DNA of 64,000 nt from the NCBI RefSeq assembly GCF_036321535.1, contig NC_087436.1, positions 61,692,001 through 61,756,000 of the forward strand. The letters run 5' to 3'. Positions 24,914-38,119 of the stretch are shown here, piece after piece. The position numbers and the translations under genes were made by a program. Position 1 is the first letter of the stretch. Every line of letters starts with the position of its first letter. The notes beneath the pieces were generated by a model. It was not told the DNA's origin. It saw nothing but the letters and a program-made list of their open reading frames with translations, and searched no databases. This stretch comes from Camelus dromedarius. Its lineage: Eukaryota.

Positions 24914-25209
24914 CGCTTATACATAATTGGGTATGACATACATGTATATAACCCTAACATGTACAGAATAATTTCTGGTTATTATGTCATTGGAACTTTC
25001 AGAGGTCTTGAAATAGTTCATTTTTAAAAATTTAAGTGCCAATATTTATCATCTTTATCATACAGTTATTTGACATATGTTTTCTGCTTCTGCATAAATT
25101 TTGCTTGTGCAGGAATTTTGCAAGCCTCATATAATGTATCATTAATTTTAAATTATTCTTGAAATAAGGACATTTTACCAAACCATATTTGGAAAATGTA
25201 TCAGTGGTA

Positions 25210-25400
25210 CTGTAGTACAGAAGCAATGGTACTGAATTGGAGTTTTTGAGACCTAGGTTTTTCATTTACCACCTGTCTTTGGGGAAGTCACTTATATTCT
25301 AGAAACCCAGTTTACTAATCTGTAGCCATTTTGCTAATTAGAACTACCAGAAAGAATTATTGTACAGATCAAAAGAGTTAATGCATTTAAAAATACTTTT
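25210..25400 (+). mobile_element. MIR fragment
   Basis: GACCTAGGTT..TTTGGGGAAGTCACTTA..CCCAGTTTACTAATCTGTA. Confidence 0.6.
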
Positions 25401-25416
25401 ATAGAAGTTAAGACCT

Positions 25417-25787
25417 TGTTTAAGCTATCCCACAGAAAAAGGATGAATCCTCATCAAAATTTGGTTTGGATATCAAGACTGATGTTACTACATACACACT
25501 GAGAGGCTATAGAAAAGTTTATGACTCACATAAATGAGGTTTTCTGGGCAGAGCAAGGCAGACTCCCAAACTGGTTAAAAAGTAGCTTGGGAAAGCAAGA
25601 AAAGGATACTGCTTTGGGGTTTTTATGGTAATTAGGGAGCGGAGCCAGGATGAGGCTCCCATGGAGCCAAATGTAAAAGTGCCTGGGATTATTTCTTATC
25701 AGCTTGTCCAGATATGGAGCGGAAGAGGTAGGGCTTAAAAAGCTGTCAGCAACCAAACATCAAAAACAGAACCGAACTATTTGTATA
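25417..25787 (-). mobile_element. ERVL solo LTR (MER54-like)
   Basis: Reverse strand TTTTTGATGTTTGGTTGCTGACAGCTTTT.AAGCCC resembles the MER54 5' end; the opposite end is ..AAACA. Confidence 0.7.
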
Positions 25788-25819
25788 GCCAGTGCAAATT
25801 ACGGATTTTATTGTTAAAC

Positions 25820-26040
25820 TGTCAGTGCAGTCCGATGGTGTTGGTTGCTACCCAACAACCACTTCCTCTCCTCCTCTTTGTTGACAGAACTGATCTGCCA
25901 CAATGGAAATGAAACCTGACCAGTGGGACCTAAGAGGAAGTCTACTGGAGGGCTGTTAGGAATGATTTTACTCTCTAATAGAAAGAGGTGAATAGGAGTC
26001 AAAATGCTTCATTTCTTTATCGTTAGGATATTTTGTGATT
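25820..26040 (+). mobile_element. MLT1 LTR fragment
   Basis: TGTTGGTTGCTACCCAACA.., CCAGTGGGACCTAAGAGGAAGTCTACTGG. Confidence 0.6.
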
Positions 26041-26437
26041 CAAATTCATAATTGAATAAATTAATAAAATCTAGGGTTATTCAGGAACATTTCAGCATGA
26101 ATTAAAAATATCCAATGTGTTCCAAAAAGTCTAACCTGAACAACTTAATATAAAGATAAGCAAATGAAGGCAAATATGATGTTTCTTTGTGATATGAACT
26201 CATTTTAATAAAGTGGCTACCTCCTGGTAATCAAATGGTCTAATTGTTAGTAATAAAGTACTTTAATTAATAAAAACACAATGAATTCCCAGCCACTTAA
26301 TAAATACACTTTGCAGACTAGATACAAAATTTCAAATTATGGAGCCTGGGTGAAGCATTCTTGGCTGTGACGAGTTTAGATAGACTGATTCAAAGTATGA
26401 CTTCTTTCTTTGAGAATCCATACTTTAAAAGGGGAAC

Positions 26438-26533
26438 TATAGTAGGCAGAGTAAAATGGCTCCCTAAAGATGCCATCTCCAAAGTCCAGAACCTGTGACC
26501 AGGTTACATTACACGGCAAAAGGGACTTTGCTG
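26438..26533 (+). mobile_element. MLT1C/D LTR 5' fragment
   Basis: GTAGGCAGAGTAAAATGGCTCCCTAAAGATG..AGAACCTGTGA..GTTACATTACACGGCAAAAGGGACTTTGC. Confidence 0.85.
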
Positions 26534-28709
26534 TCAGTGAGGGAAAGAGAGTTTTAGGTGGCAAGTCCTGCATTCTTCAAACATTATTGCAGACTTGGTG
26601 GTCTAATTTCATACTCATATTCTCAATCCTGAGGCCATCAACAAGCATAATTGTATTTAACTGACTTAATGGATTTTGTCCCCTGCCTGTCTTGTTGAGG
26701 TGGCATCATGGGAATATAACTTTGGAATTTCTGACAGTTTTCCAGCCATACTTTGTCGCCTACAATCTCTAGACCCTATTGCAGAAGGTAGAGCTTTGTA
26801 ATGATGGGGAATCATATTCACCCATCTGCTTCATGAGCTCTGAAGTTGTTTATGTAAATACAACAGCATGCATTCTCATGGAATTATTTTAGTGTATTGA
26901 GGAGAATTCTCCTCAATTAAAGCCCAAGGAAGTAAAGAACTGTAGATCCTTCTTTGCTCTTAAATCCTAACATCAGCTATTATTTATTTTTTATATGTTA
27001 ATTATTGGAAATATGCAACCTATGAATAAAAAGTTTCAACTAATTTTTTTAATTAAAAACTTTCAAATATCCTTTCTACTTCAGAATCTCTTTTTTTTTT
27101 TCTTTCTGTCTTCTCCGTTACCCCTGTTTCTATGTGACATTTGAGGGAGAAATGTTGAAAGCTAAAATGCTGTTTTGCTTGTTAATGGTTGTAGCTTCTA
27201 CTGGGTATCCTTTGACAACACCATTACATAATGATAATAAAAATGATAATGCATCATCATATACCGTAAGGTTATATTTCTAATTTCTCCATCAATTCAG
27301 AGATTATAAGGAAACATTTCAAGAAATCCAGTTTTTTTCTCTTCTTGTTCTTAATTCTCCATTTATTAAATTACATGGCAACCATTCTGCATTAAATGTT
27401 TAAAAAATTGTATACTTGTTCTCATATGAATACATAGGAAATGAGGCTGGCTCAGTTTTCCCTGAGGAATGGTCCCTGTCTTAGAGTCCCTTTCTAAGTA
27501 TATATTGATCATTTTACAGTTACATAGGCAGCCATGCATAGCTGAAACATGATCATATTAAACTTGTTCCTTAGATACATAGTTTTTGCTGGTAAACTGC
27601 AATTCTGAAACTATATCTGTAAGTTACTGGATCTGTCTTGGAATACCATAAAACCTGACATATTGTTTCATCATTTAGGTTACTTATCTCTTGCCTTTTA
27701 ACCCTTATCATTAATAATGAGATGAAGAAATCAGAGACTGATTTTCCCTACAAAAACCATAAATCTCATGAGTTTAGTTTTCCCAGATGTATTCTGAGAG
27801 TATTTATGCCAAAATGATGGACTTGATAAGTCCAGGTTATATCAAAAATATTTGTAAAGAAAACTTTACAATATTTTACTATTGAGTGGTAATTCTGCAT
27901 TCTTTGTGAACTTTAAACTCCTATTACTGTTAATTGCCATAACTCCTGTGAGTGAATCAAAGTGTCAACTTTATATTGGTATCTTTAAATTCAGAAGATG
28001 ATATGTACTTTTAGAAGTCATACTTTACAGTCCTCACTTTCTAGAAAGATTTTTATATTTTGGTTTCATTGCCTACCATTCAAAACCATTTTTTGGGTAT
28101 CTGGATAATATACATTAATATGTGTGGTGGGAAGTGATTCCGGGTAACTCATTTAATAATAATACTTACAGCATATCTAAATTATGCAATTGGCTTAAGG
28201 TTAGCCTATTATTACATAACATCTATTTTAAGAGACCAGCAAAATCTGAGTAAAAAGAAGCCTTGCATAACTATTGAACATTATTATATTCCCAGGAATA
28301 AAAACAGACTCACAGGCACAGAATATGTAATTTGGAAAAGAGTGTTTTTACAATTCTGATCAAATAAATCAGTACAGTTTAGTTCCACTGTAGTGTGTAT
28401 TCATTTCTCTCTTATAGTAGAATTACCCATTTTATATGTCTGTCTTCTCTACTAGACTACCACTAATTAAAGGTTATGTCATATGTATTTAAAAGCAAAG
28501 AACAAATATTCAGTATATGATTGTGGAACTAAATTGCATAATGTAGGAGAGGAAAGAGAAAAGTTGGTGAAAGTTGAAAAAAAAAAAACAGACCAAAGTC
28601 AATTTTTTGGCACTTGCTTCTGATGCTTTATGTGCAAAAGACCATTGAAAGAAATTGGAGGTTATTACACATAGTACCAAGCACCTCACATATTAGTAAG
28701 TCTCCTCTC

Positions 28710-30250
28710 TGGCAGTGTCAACTATAGGAAATCTAGATACCCTGGACAGATGGTGTTTGTCAAGCATCTGTTTGGAAAAATGGCCCCACTTCATTCTTGG
28801 TCTATGTGATTAATGTGACGTTGATCTCACCTCCTAGGTCAAGGTATGAGAATATTCTGTGCAAGTCCTTTGCATTCATATCACCTCAATGATGGATTCA
28901 GGAGCACGTGACTTAAGCAAAGTTGGTAAGAGTCCTACTTAGAGGATTTTGTTAGAATGTTGGAAAATAACTTTCCTTTCTTTCCTGGATATGTTACCTC
29001 TCCAAAAACTTAAGCCTAGAGCTACCAAGGATCATCTTTCCCATCTCATAGGAAGAATTTGGCCCATAAATAAACCAACATGGAGGAAAACAGAGTAATG
29101 TAATGAAAAGAGATGCTCTGGTGACTTGTTTAGATAACCCAATGAACTCAGAAACACCTCTAGCTAATTGTCCTGAACTTTAGATTTATGATATTTGCAG
29201 ACATAATAACCTAAGAAAAATTATAAATAGGAAATGGGCTTGTACTTTCCAAGTAACAGACCCTAAAATGTGGAAAGTGTTGAATAGAGATTAAATGGCA
29301 ATGGGGATTTCCCTCCCAAGGCTACAGTACTGGCGTATTTTTATATACGAAAGCAGAGTAGTTGTCAAACTGCTATCTATTTTAGATTAAATGCCTTTCA
29401 AATTCTATATTTTAGGTCCCTAAAATTGCCAGACTATGAATAGCTTCATGTAAATATGACTGGGTGGAATAGATATCACTCACCAGTGTCGGTCATATAG
29501 CTAGAGGCAATAATTATACAAAACCTTGGGTTATTTGTCCTTGTTGATAGAGTGATTGTCCTTTTAACTGAAGTTGAAATAGTAAAGTCACGTTGCAACT
29601 AGAATTTTGATATTGTGTGGGAAGAGAAGTATGTGTGTATCATAGTTAAATTTTGGGATGTAATGGACTCAGTGACCACATCATTATGTGAAGCCATGAT
29701 TCCACCATTTTTAACCCACATGACTCAAGGAAGCCTAAGTTACCCTATGGGTGTGTTAGGGGCAAAACCTGTGTCACAGGCCTGGCTATCAAAGTAACAT
29801 GGAGGTTAGTTCAAAGATAGGAACATAACCAAACCAGGCCAATTAGTGCCTACCTCAAAGCTTTTGTTAAGCATAAAATCATTGTCTTTTTTAACGTGCT
29901 GTCAGCTAAGCTGCTTTTACAAATATGTGGAGAAAGCCAATTTGAAAATGGAACCAAAACAAGAAATCAGAGCTGAAGAATGGAGAAAAAATGATGGATA
30001 AGAGAGAGGAAGGAAGAAAAAAAAGAAAATAAGGAATTGAGAGAGGAAAATAGGGAGTCGGGGGAGGGAGGGAGGAAGGAAGAAAGGGGAAACCCGACAG
30101 TATTCTTGGATCCTGTCTTTACTGAAGCTAGGTGTATTTCTGATATTCTCCATAGTATGAGCTAATAAATTCTCTTTGGCTTAATCAAATTTGAGTTAAA
30201 AATAAGATTGAGTTGTATTTCTGTTATTTGCAACCAAGAGAGTAATTATA
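28710..30250 (+). mobile_element. MaLR (MLT1K-like) LTR - short internal segment - LTR
   Basis: Two same-orientation MLT1K-like LTRs (~28710-29215 and ~29640-30250; the second ends AGCTAATAAATTCTC..TTTCTGTTATTTGCAACCAAGAGAGT). The spacer starts with GTAACAGACCCTAAAATGTGGAA, resembling the MLT1-int 5' end. Confidence 0.6.
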
Positions 30251-30629
30251 GAGATCACGTTTTAAGAGAGAAATTTCTAAGCAGATAAAACTATATTAAA
30301 AGGCTCAGCTTTAGAAGCTCATATGTTTCACCCATATGAAAACCCCTCAGATCTTAATCCACAGCCATTATGATACTGTGATTTTCCAAGCAATTCCAAC
30401 AAATTTTTTGTTGAGTTTTCAGTTTTAAGCAGATAAAATCCAGCTAATCTGTCATAGGGCAAATGCTATAGCTAGGCATATTGATGACAGTGAGTTTATA
30501 ATTGACCACATGATATTAAAAATGACACAAAGTCTATGAAAATTTTGCACAAATACTGAAAGACTCTTTAGTTATATGAGGACAACTAAAACATGAATAA
30601 AATCCTTGAAATAATCTCCATCATAAGAT

Positions 30630-30790
30630 AATAATTATTATTATTATTCTGAGTACCATTTACTGAGACAGGTAATCAGGTAATATTATTGTTACCTAAT
30701 TTAGTTCTCATAACCATTCTGTGAGGTAGATATGATTATGTTCCCTAGTCTATAAATTAGAAACTGACTTTCACAGAGCTGGCCTTAACC
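30630..30790 (-). mobile_element. MIR SINE
   Basis: CCATTTACTGAG..TTTAGTTCTCATAACCATTCTGTGAGGTAG..AGAAACTGA. Confidence 0.7.
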
Positions 30791-30805
30791 ATTATATATT
30801 GCTGC

Positions 30806-31405
30806 TGAATTAGGGTAATATAGGTGAAGCTGTAGTAACAAACACCTCTTGACATTTCTGTGACTTAACCCTATAAGCCCTTTCAGGACATTTGGTCCTG
30901 ACCAAAATATCTGTAAGACATCACTTTATGCCAAAAGGTCCTTGATATTTGATCTTGTCTAAAACCATTTGGTGTGGACCAAATATGCTCATGGATGTTT
31001 TTGATAGGACCACATTTGAAGGCCTTTTGGCATGAACTGAATGTCTTATGGACATTTTTGACAGAACCAAATATTCACTAACCCTGTAAATGTGTTCCTG
31101 GTTCAACAGTTTTGAGAGAAAGGTCTGCAGAGTAGCTCTTCTCCATCTAGTTATTTAGTGACACTCTGATGTGACTCCTTAGGCTCTGCTATCTTTAGTA
31201 CAGACTTTGAACATCCCTGTCACAGAAAAAGGAAAGACCATAGTAGAGCTTGTGAAGGACGAATTTATGGGCCAGATCTTGAAGTGGCACATACCTTTTC
31301 AGTGATATTCCATGCATAAAACTTACTGCAAGGGAGGTTGTCCAGCCATGGGCTCAAAAAAGAATGAACCATTTTTAGTGGGTAGCTAGAGGTATTGCCT
31401 TCTTT
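30806..31405 (-). mobile_element. MLT1 LTR hosting a foldback insertion
   Basis: TTAGGGTAATATAGG..GCTGTAGTAACAAAC..GTGACTTAAC (reverse-complement MLT1 3' end) resumes after ~31090 with GGCCAGATCTTGAAGTGGCACATAC. Confidence 0.65.
30877..31078. mobile_element. palindromic MITE/foldback DNA element, family unassigned
   Basis: Arms ~30881-30973 and ~30978-31078 are reverse complements built of ~28-bp subrepeats; flanking direct repeat TAACCCT(A/G)TAA. Confidence 0.75.
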
Positions 31406-31639
31406 GTTTACTTTTAACATTTTAGTTAATATGCTGTTGATAAAATTACAGAGAAAGATGCACTGGAAAAAGAAGAAAGCAACCATTTAAAAAAAAATTC
31501 CTTTTAAGAAGAAACTAGAAACTAGAACAAGATTCTGGATGGATAATTGGCAAAAGTGAAAATAGGGTAAATCTGAAATTTCCCAAGGGGAAAATCATTA
31601 TTAAATTGCTTCTATTTTCACTTTTCAGAAGATCAGTAA

Positions 31640-31850
31640 AGTTGTAGTAGGAGCATAGGATTTGAGATCAAAGAGAGTGGGTTTAAATTCTGCTTGAATA
31701 TTAACTATCCATTTGATATTGGACAGTTGTGTATCCTCTCTGAGCTTCAATGTCTTTGGTGGAAAATGGATAGAATTTGTACCAAATAAAATTCTTACAA
31801 AGATTGAATTTCATATAAATAATGGATCATTATGTGTTAATTGCTACTCT
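31640..31850 (+). mobile_element. MIR SINE
   Basis: GGGTTTAAATTCTG..TTGGACAGTT..CCTCTCTGAGCTTCAATG..AAAATGG. Confidence 0.65.
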
Positions 31851-32520
31851 TAACATCATAGTGGTCAGGAAAAAAAATTGACTAGCTAGCTCATTTTAAT
31901 GGTATTTCACTGTTTAAAATGCTCAGCTATGGATTTTTATATTCCCCTTGAGCACAAGATTGATCTTGAGCTGGATCTGGGGGAAGGAGAGGTAATGGTG
32001 AACAAGTAGTTTTAGTTGGGAAAAGCAAAAGACTATAGGGGCAGAGAACCAGGTGGTTCAGGGATGTGTTTTGTCTTCTAAAACCACATAAAATTCATGT
32101 GACTACTCTTTAAATTTTTGTGGTGGCCCAGATTATTTGTTGTGCTTTCACATTTACTGGCTCAAGTGGCTTCTATGATTGGTTTTCTCACTTCCAAATA
32201 CAGTCTCATATAGTGTTTATGGGAATATTTATTTATTTGTCCATCAGGATTTCAACGAGAACAAATACTGTGAGAACAAAAGTTAATTAAAATAAAACAA
32301 ACCATTACCACCTCCCCCACAATAATAAAAATAAACTTAACTATTAATCTCAGCTTCCCTTAAAGATTTAATTTTCTTTTCTAATTCTTTCTAATCACTT
32401 TGTTTTTTTGTATTTACATTACTAATTGTGAAATATTGAAGTAAAATGTTTTGAAATATAAATCTTTATAGTTGCTTCATCTCCAGCATAGAGCATAATG
32501 CCTAACACCAAGCAGATATT

Positions 32521-32548
32521 GGATGGATGGATGGATGGATGGATGGAT
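32521..32548. repeat. (GGAT)7 tetranucleotide at an L2 3' tail
   Basis: Direct count; preceded by L2-like ATCTCCAGCATAGAGCATAATGCCTAACAC. Confidence 0.9.
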
Positions 32549-33416
32549 ATGTATTCAATGTTAAATGTACCTGGCCTATATCTCAAAAAAATTGAGGCTA
32601 AAAAAATGCACAGTATGTGGTTAATTGGTTTCTTTAAAAAATAGTATTATTGTTTACTTTTGTTGTTATCTTTTAGCCACATTAAACTCCCTTGACTAGG
32701 AAGTGCTCTTTCTTACTTTCTAGTTGGTGACCAGGCATTCATTCATTCATTTGTTCATTCATACTTAATTCGTTTATTCATGTACTTGGCCTACAACCCT
32801 TTTTCCTCTACCATTTCTCTTCAATGACTCATTTATCTTTCAGGTCTCGGCATATAGGTTTCTCCTTCATGAAAACCCTCCCTTACCCCAAATTCAGAAG
32901 AAGCATTCTTTTTTGATTTGATAGAGCTGAGTATTTCTTTTACTAAACATAGGGCTAACCACACTGCATTGTTTTTGCACTTTTGTCTCTTCTAGTATTA
33001 AATTCAGTAAAGATATCAACAACCAAAAATATTAAAAGGAGATCCATTCTTTACTCAGTATTTCTCAAAGAATGTCAACCCGAAATTTTAGCCATAGCGT
33101 TAGTTCTTAAAATTGTTTTCCATATTGAATGCCTTCAAAGCTTTTTTCCAAGTCCTATTTTTCCTTCCTCACCAGAAATATTGCCCCAAACGGAAGCCAA
33201 AGTATCTTGGCTCTTTCACCCATCCTGCCACCTACCTGGATCTATGGTTTTCTTTTCTTTCTTCTTCAATATAATATCTTTCTGTGCAGAGCTCCTCTCA
33301 GAGAATTGTGCAGATTCATGCTGATCCTAGAAGTTGATGCTGCCAGTAGCAATGAGAAAAGTACAGAAATTGAGAGGAAACACTTAGACTTCTTTATAGC
33401 ATATTGATAGAGGTTT

Positions 33417-33436
33417 TGTGTGTGTGTGTGTGTGTG
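33417..33436. repeat. (TG)10 microsatellite
   Basis: Direct count. Confidence 0.95.
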
Positions 33437-34759
33437 TAATGTATCTAGTAATAAAATATGGGCTTGATTTTTGTCTTTTTAAATTTCATTTTTATATTAC
33501 TTTATTTTTATTGTATTTAAAAAACATTGGTCTGTGATGGATTGGGGAAAAAGCTGGTCCTTCACCAGAGATAGTTTGAGAAACATTGCTCTGGTTTCTT
33601 TTTGGGTTGATTTTCAATGTATTTATTTACCTTTACAACACATACACCATCCAGTTGGAATGGAGGCCCCCCAAAAACAGTGTTTCTGCCTTCTGAACAA
33701 GTATTTGTCTGAATGTCAGCCCCACCTCTCCTAAAGGTTTTCTTTTCCTGATTTACCCAATCCTATGAAACGGTTCGGGAGCAGAGCAAACCTTTACCTG
33801 GTGGGACAGCAGGAGAAGCCAAGAAGCCAAAGACAAAGTCCTTTTTTACAACCTGTTTAAAGTCTGGGGAGGGTGGCAGGCAGGGAAATAGAAAGGGTCA
33901 GAGGCTATGGTTTGTTGAGTGCTTATAATTTAACATCTTTTCTTGTATATCCATTACAAAATACAAAATTATTTTAGATGCAAAGGACTGAAGACATGAT
34001 ATACATTTATATATAAGATTAGTCTCTTTTGTTACAGAATTGAAATTGCAGCTTTTAAAGAGATAATAGCAGATATTCATTCAAAGGGAAAGATGTTAAG
34101 ATAGATAATGCAGGAAGGTAAGAAGAGATCTTGTGTTTAATAATGACTTTTTTAGATATTTTTTATTTTGTGCTTCTTTGTAAAGATTTTGAATAAGACC
34201 TTAGAAGTCAAGGTGCTTAATCAGAAGGAAACTTCTATTTACGTTAGGTTACTTTTCATGTGTCTATTATCATCCCAATTTATTTGATTGTATCTGATTT
34301 TATAACAAAAATTCCACAAATACTCCAGCTGCTGCCATACTTTTAATCCAAACGTGCTATATAGTCTACTCTAAAATAATTCCTCTAATGCTTTACTGAC
34401 CTGTTGAATTCTTAGATGGCAGTACTTCTAAAAATAAAATGTTTATGACATAAATTTTCTTGAGCAATACATATTTATAAGGCCATTTGTATCCCATTTT
34501 GAAAATGACTTCAGGTTGGTTTTCTGTCCCCTCCTTTGTTTTCTAAAGGCATTTCCTTGGGACCTGCATACTTTGCTTTCTCAAAGCTTTTATTATACAG
34601 GAAATACTTTGCATTATTTAGGAAGGCATTTGAAAATAACGTGGTCAGCCACCTTCCTTCTAGCATCACTAATCTCTTCCTTTTGCTCACATTATCCTTA
34701 GATTTCAAAGGTTGAGTCATGTGATAAATTGATCATTTTATGAGATAAGTGGGCTGTTA

Positions 34760-35600
34760 GAAACCATTCTCCACTCACCTACAGTGGCTACATCTTTCTC
34801 TTCCTGGACAAACCCATTCATATTTACTGCTTCAATGATCATTACATTCAGAAAGCTCTCACATCACCTTCTTTCAGTCCTGATCAGTGTCCTTGTTGAC
34901 AATATGAATTTTCAAAAGCCTGATAAATACCTTTGCTTGCATATACCTGGGTTCCTTAAACACAATGCATTTGAAATGAAGTGGATGTTCTCTACCCACT
35001 TTCATTCTCATCCCTGACAAAATACTTTACTCTTTTGTATGGTCATTTTTTTTATTAGTGGTGATATCAATCTTCCAGTTGCCTAAGATACAATAACTTA
35101 TCCATCTTCCTTTCTCCTTTATCTGATTAGTCACTAAATCGTGATTTTATCCCAAAAATGTCTTTTGTATCTTTTTCCATCTCTTCTCTTCATACTCCTA
35201 TTCCACTTGGCCTGCACTTTACTTCTTACTTCTGATTTTTTGCCATCAATTTCACTTGCCATTCTGCCACAAATATTTTCTTTCTAAATCACAGGTTCGT
35301 TCATAATGACCTTTCCTCATCTCAGAAATCTTCCAGTTTTCTACTACTTTCAGAATAAATTCAAACTCTTCAGCATGGAATTCAAGGCCTTTCAAGATAT
35401 GTGATTTAATATAAATCAGAACCTCACTGAATTCAGTTATCTTCCTCATTTCTAGGACTTGCCCTTTCACATGTTTCTGTCTTTTGGAATATTTTTCTTT
35501 CTAATCTTTTTCTTTGTTCTTATTGTTCTCCTAAATTTTCAAAGTTTACCTGAAATGCCTCCTGATTTCCTGTACACAGGAGGCTCATTCCTCTGAAAGC
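34760..35600 (+). mobile_element. L2 LINE ORF2 3' fragment
   Basis: Pyrimidine-rich L2 motifs: CTTCCAGTTGCCTAAG, TTAGTCACTAAATC, TCTAAATCACAG, ATAAATTCAAACTCTTCAGCATGGAATTCAAGGCCTTTCA. Confidence 0.75.
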
Positions 35601-37609
35601 GTAGGGTGATTGGTCTGGGTCTCTACTTTGCTTTGGTTTTATTATGAATATAGTGTAGTTTTATCACAGATTCATTTAACTTACTCAATCATCTATATAT
35701 GTGCTCAAAATTTCAATAGTACTGTTGACTCTACCTCTATCTGCCATCCTTTTAAAAGAAAGCATGAATTGAAAGTCACAGATTTTAAGTTCCTCATTTA
35801 GGTCTCAGGTCCCAGAAGCTTTTGATAGCAGCATCTTGCTGAGTTGTGGCCTGTTGTGGTCCCAGTTTGGGGGCATGTAGCATATTTTGCATGTTTTAAC
35901 AGTCCCCAAATGCTAGTCCAATGGTAAAGAAACACTTAATAATAGGTCATTCCTTCTCTGCCTGTGCTGGACTAATTTAGAGATGTAGGTTCATTTTTGA
36001 TGTGGCATTTTCCTAAGGAGATTTTTGATTCTTGAATATGAAACAAATCTGCAAACTTTCAGGTTTTAAACTTTTAGTTTTAGAGTTTTGAATTTCCTAA
36101 GGGAATATATATGTCACTTGTTTCCCTTTTGGCACGTATCATAATGCTCTATTCACAGTGTTTGATAAACACTGTTTAAACTAGATTTATTTTGACTTCA
36201 TCTCAACAGCATGGGACTCATAGGGACAGCAAATAGTCTCAAGCAATATTAGGGTTCTCCTATTCTGCTGTTTTTGTTATGTGGTGGAAATTCTATATAT
36301 CCTCTCCTTTAGTACTTCGTGACCAATTGAAAAATTCTACAGGAAACCCTGACTACTGCTTTTATGAATTACTGGAATCAGTAAAAATTTTAACTTCTTG
36401 CTCCAGTAAATAAAAGTGCTGGGCTGTTCTGATTAATTTGCTTGAAATCCAAGGAGAATAAAGTTCACCTTAGTCCTCCAAAGAATCAGAAAACACTGCA
36501 AAGCGGCTCACACATGTAGTGAATTTGTCTCATGTAGATTCAAACTCACGAATTATAGCTAACTGTGACTTTCAGGTATACTCAGTGTTTTTAGTTTAAT
36601 AGAAGAAAACAGTGGTTCAATGTACTTAAAAATATGTATATGCACACATATGTTTGTGTATATATATAGCCATGTAACATTATTACATCTCAGTAATAGT
36701 AAACTCTCCTTTTCTGTAATGTGACATTTTAATACCTTTGCAGGAAAAATGACACAGTCTTCTGCAAGTTGTAACATTTCAATTTTACACTTTAAAGATT
36801 TCATCTTTTGATGGAATCCCTTTTACAACCTGACTAATGTAAAGTTATGTTGTCTCTCATTCCACCTTTGATCATCTTTTCAGTAGAGCAAGGCTAATGT
36901 CATCATCATCATTAAGCCCTGGAAGAATTTCCTGCTGGTTTTTTAGATAATCACAATATTTTTTATTTTATAAAGAGCATGAAAAGAGTTTCTGCTTCTC
37001 TCTTCTTATTTCTTTTATTGAATGTTGGGGATGGAGGCAAAAAGGAGAAAGAAAATAAGGATCCTGAATAAAGCAATCTTAGCTATACATTTAAATTAAA
37101 ATTTCTTGCAGCAGTATTGTCCCATGTGTTTTCTGTATGAGCCTCTGCCTAGAAATGAGGGTTTGAATTTAGGAACCAGGTTAGATTTTCATCTAAATTG
37201 TCACATTTCAACTAAATTTTACCTCATTATGAGTAGCCAACTGCAGTAACTACCAGAAATCTGCCCTGAAAGTGGAAGCTTATGGTTTTTAGAATTTGGC
37301 CTACTATCCTGCCTAATATTTTCTACCACCACTCACATTCCAGTTAAGCCATTGAGAATAGATTACAGTTTTATTATATTAATGCTACCTTTTGGGTTGG
37401 TTTTGATAGAGCTTTTTAATAATTGCAATATAATAAATGTTATATGAAATTATTTCATATATGCATATCATATCTGCTATGCCTTATCATGTCAAAGGAA
37501 TACTGTTAGTATCTGGACTGCTCTAGAATTTTAGTGGAGTCTGAGTAATTAATTGTCTTCTGAAAGGTCATCTTGGTTGCTTCCACATTTAGGAAGGCAC
37601 ATTATGTTT

Positions 37610-37830
37610 CAGTCATAAAGTACTTAACCATAGCTTTGGTTGTTTGTTTCTTACCACCATTATATGAGGTCAGTAAGAATTATCTTTGTTGCTATGATTC
37701 TATGAATAGACGAATTGAAGCATATGAAAATAGATGGAAACTGTGGTTAAGCCAGCTACCCAAAGTTATAACCAAGGTCACAGATACGATAGAGATCTGA
37801 AATTACATGTCTAAGCCCCTATGTGTTGTT
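37610..37830 (-). mobile_element. MIR SINE
   Basis: TATATGAGGT.., GAAAATAGATGGAAACTGTGGTTAAG..CCCAAAGT..CCAAGGTCACA. Confidence 0.55.
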
Positions 37831-38119
37831 TCATTGTTCAATCAAAGGAGGCAGATTACTTCTTAGATGTTGTATGTTTGCAATTTTTAGCTTGGAACAA
37901 AATAATATATTTATATAGCACCTTTAAATTTCATCTCACCCAATCATTCAGCAAATTTAGTGCCTACTATGTGACCTGCACTATGAAGGAGTGTGTACAT
38001 GACAATGCCATATTTTCTGTCTTCACAGAGCTTCATGTACACAATTCATCTTAATACCAGACACAGACGAGGGAAAGTCACATAATAACCATCATGTAAT
38101 CTGACAGTTTGTTCCACCC

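Noticed and set aside
30865..30872. TTAA|CCCT start suggesting a piggyBac element
   Set aside because: The other end lacks AGGG|TTAA; the motif recurs as a direct repeat, which fits a target duplication better.
30881..31078. CRISPR-like array from the ~28-bp subrepeats
   Set aside because: Eukaryotic context, no unique spacers, units are degenerate and inverted about a centre, and there are no cas genes.
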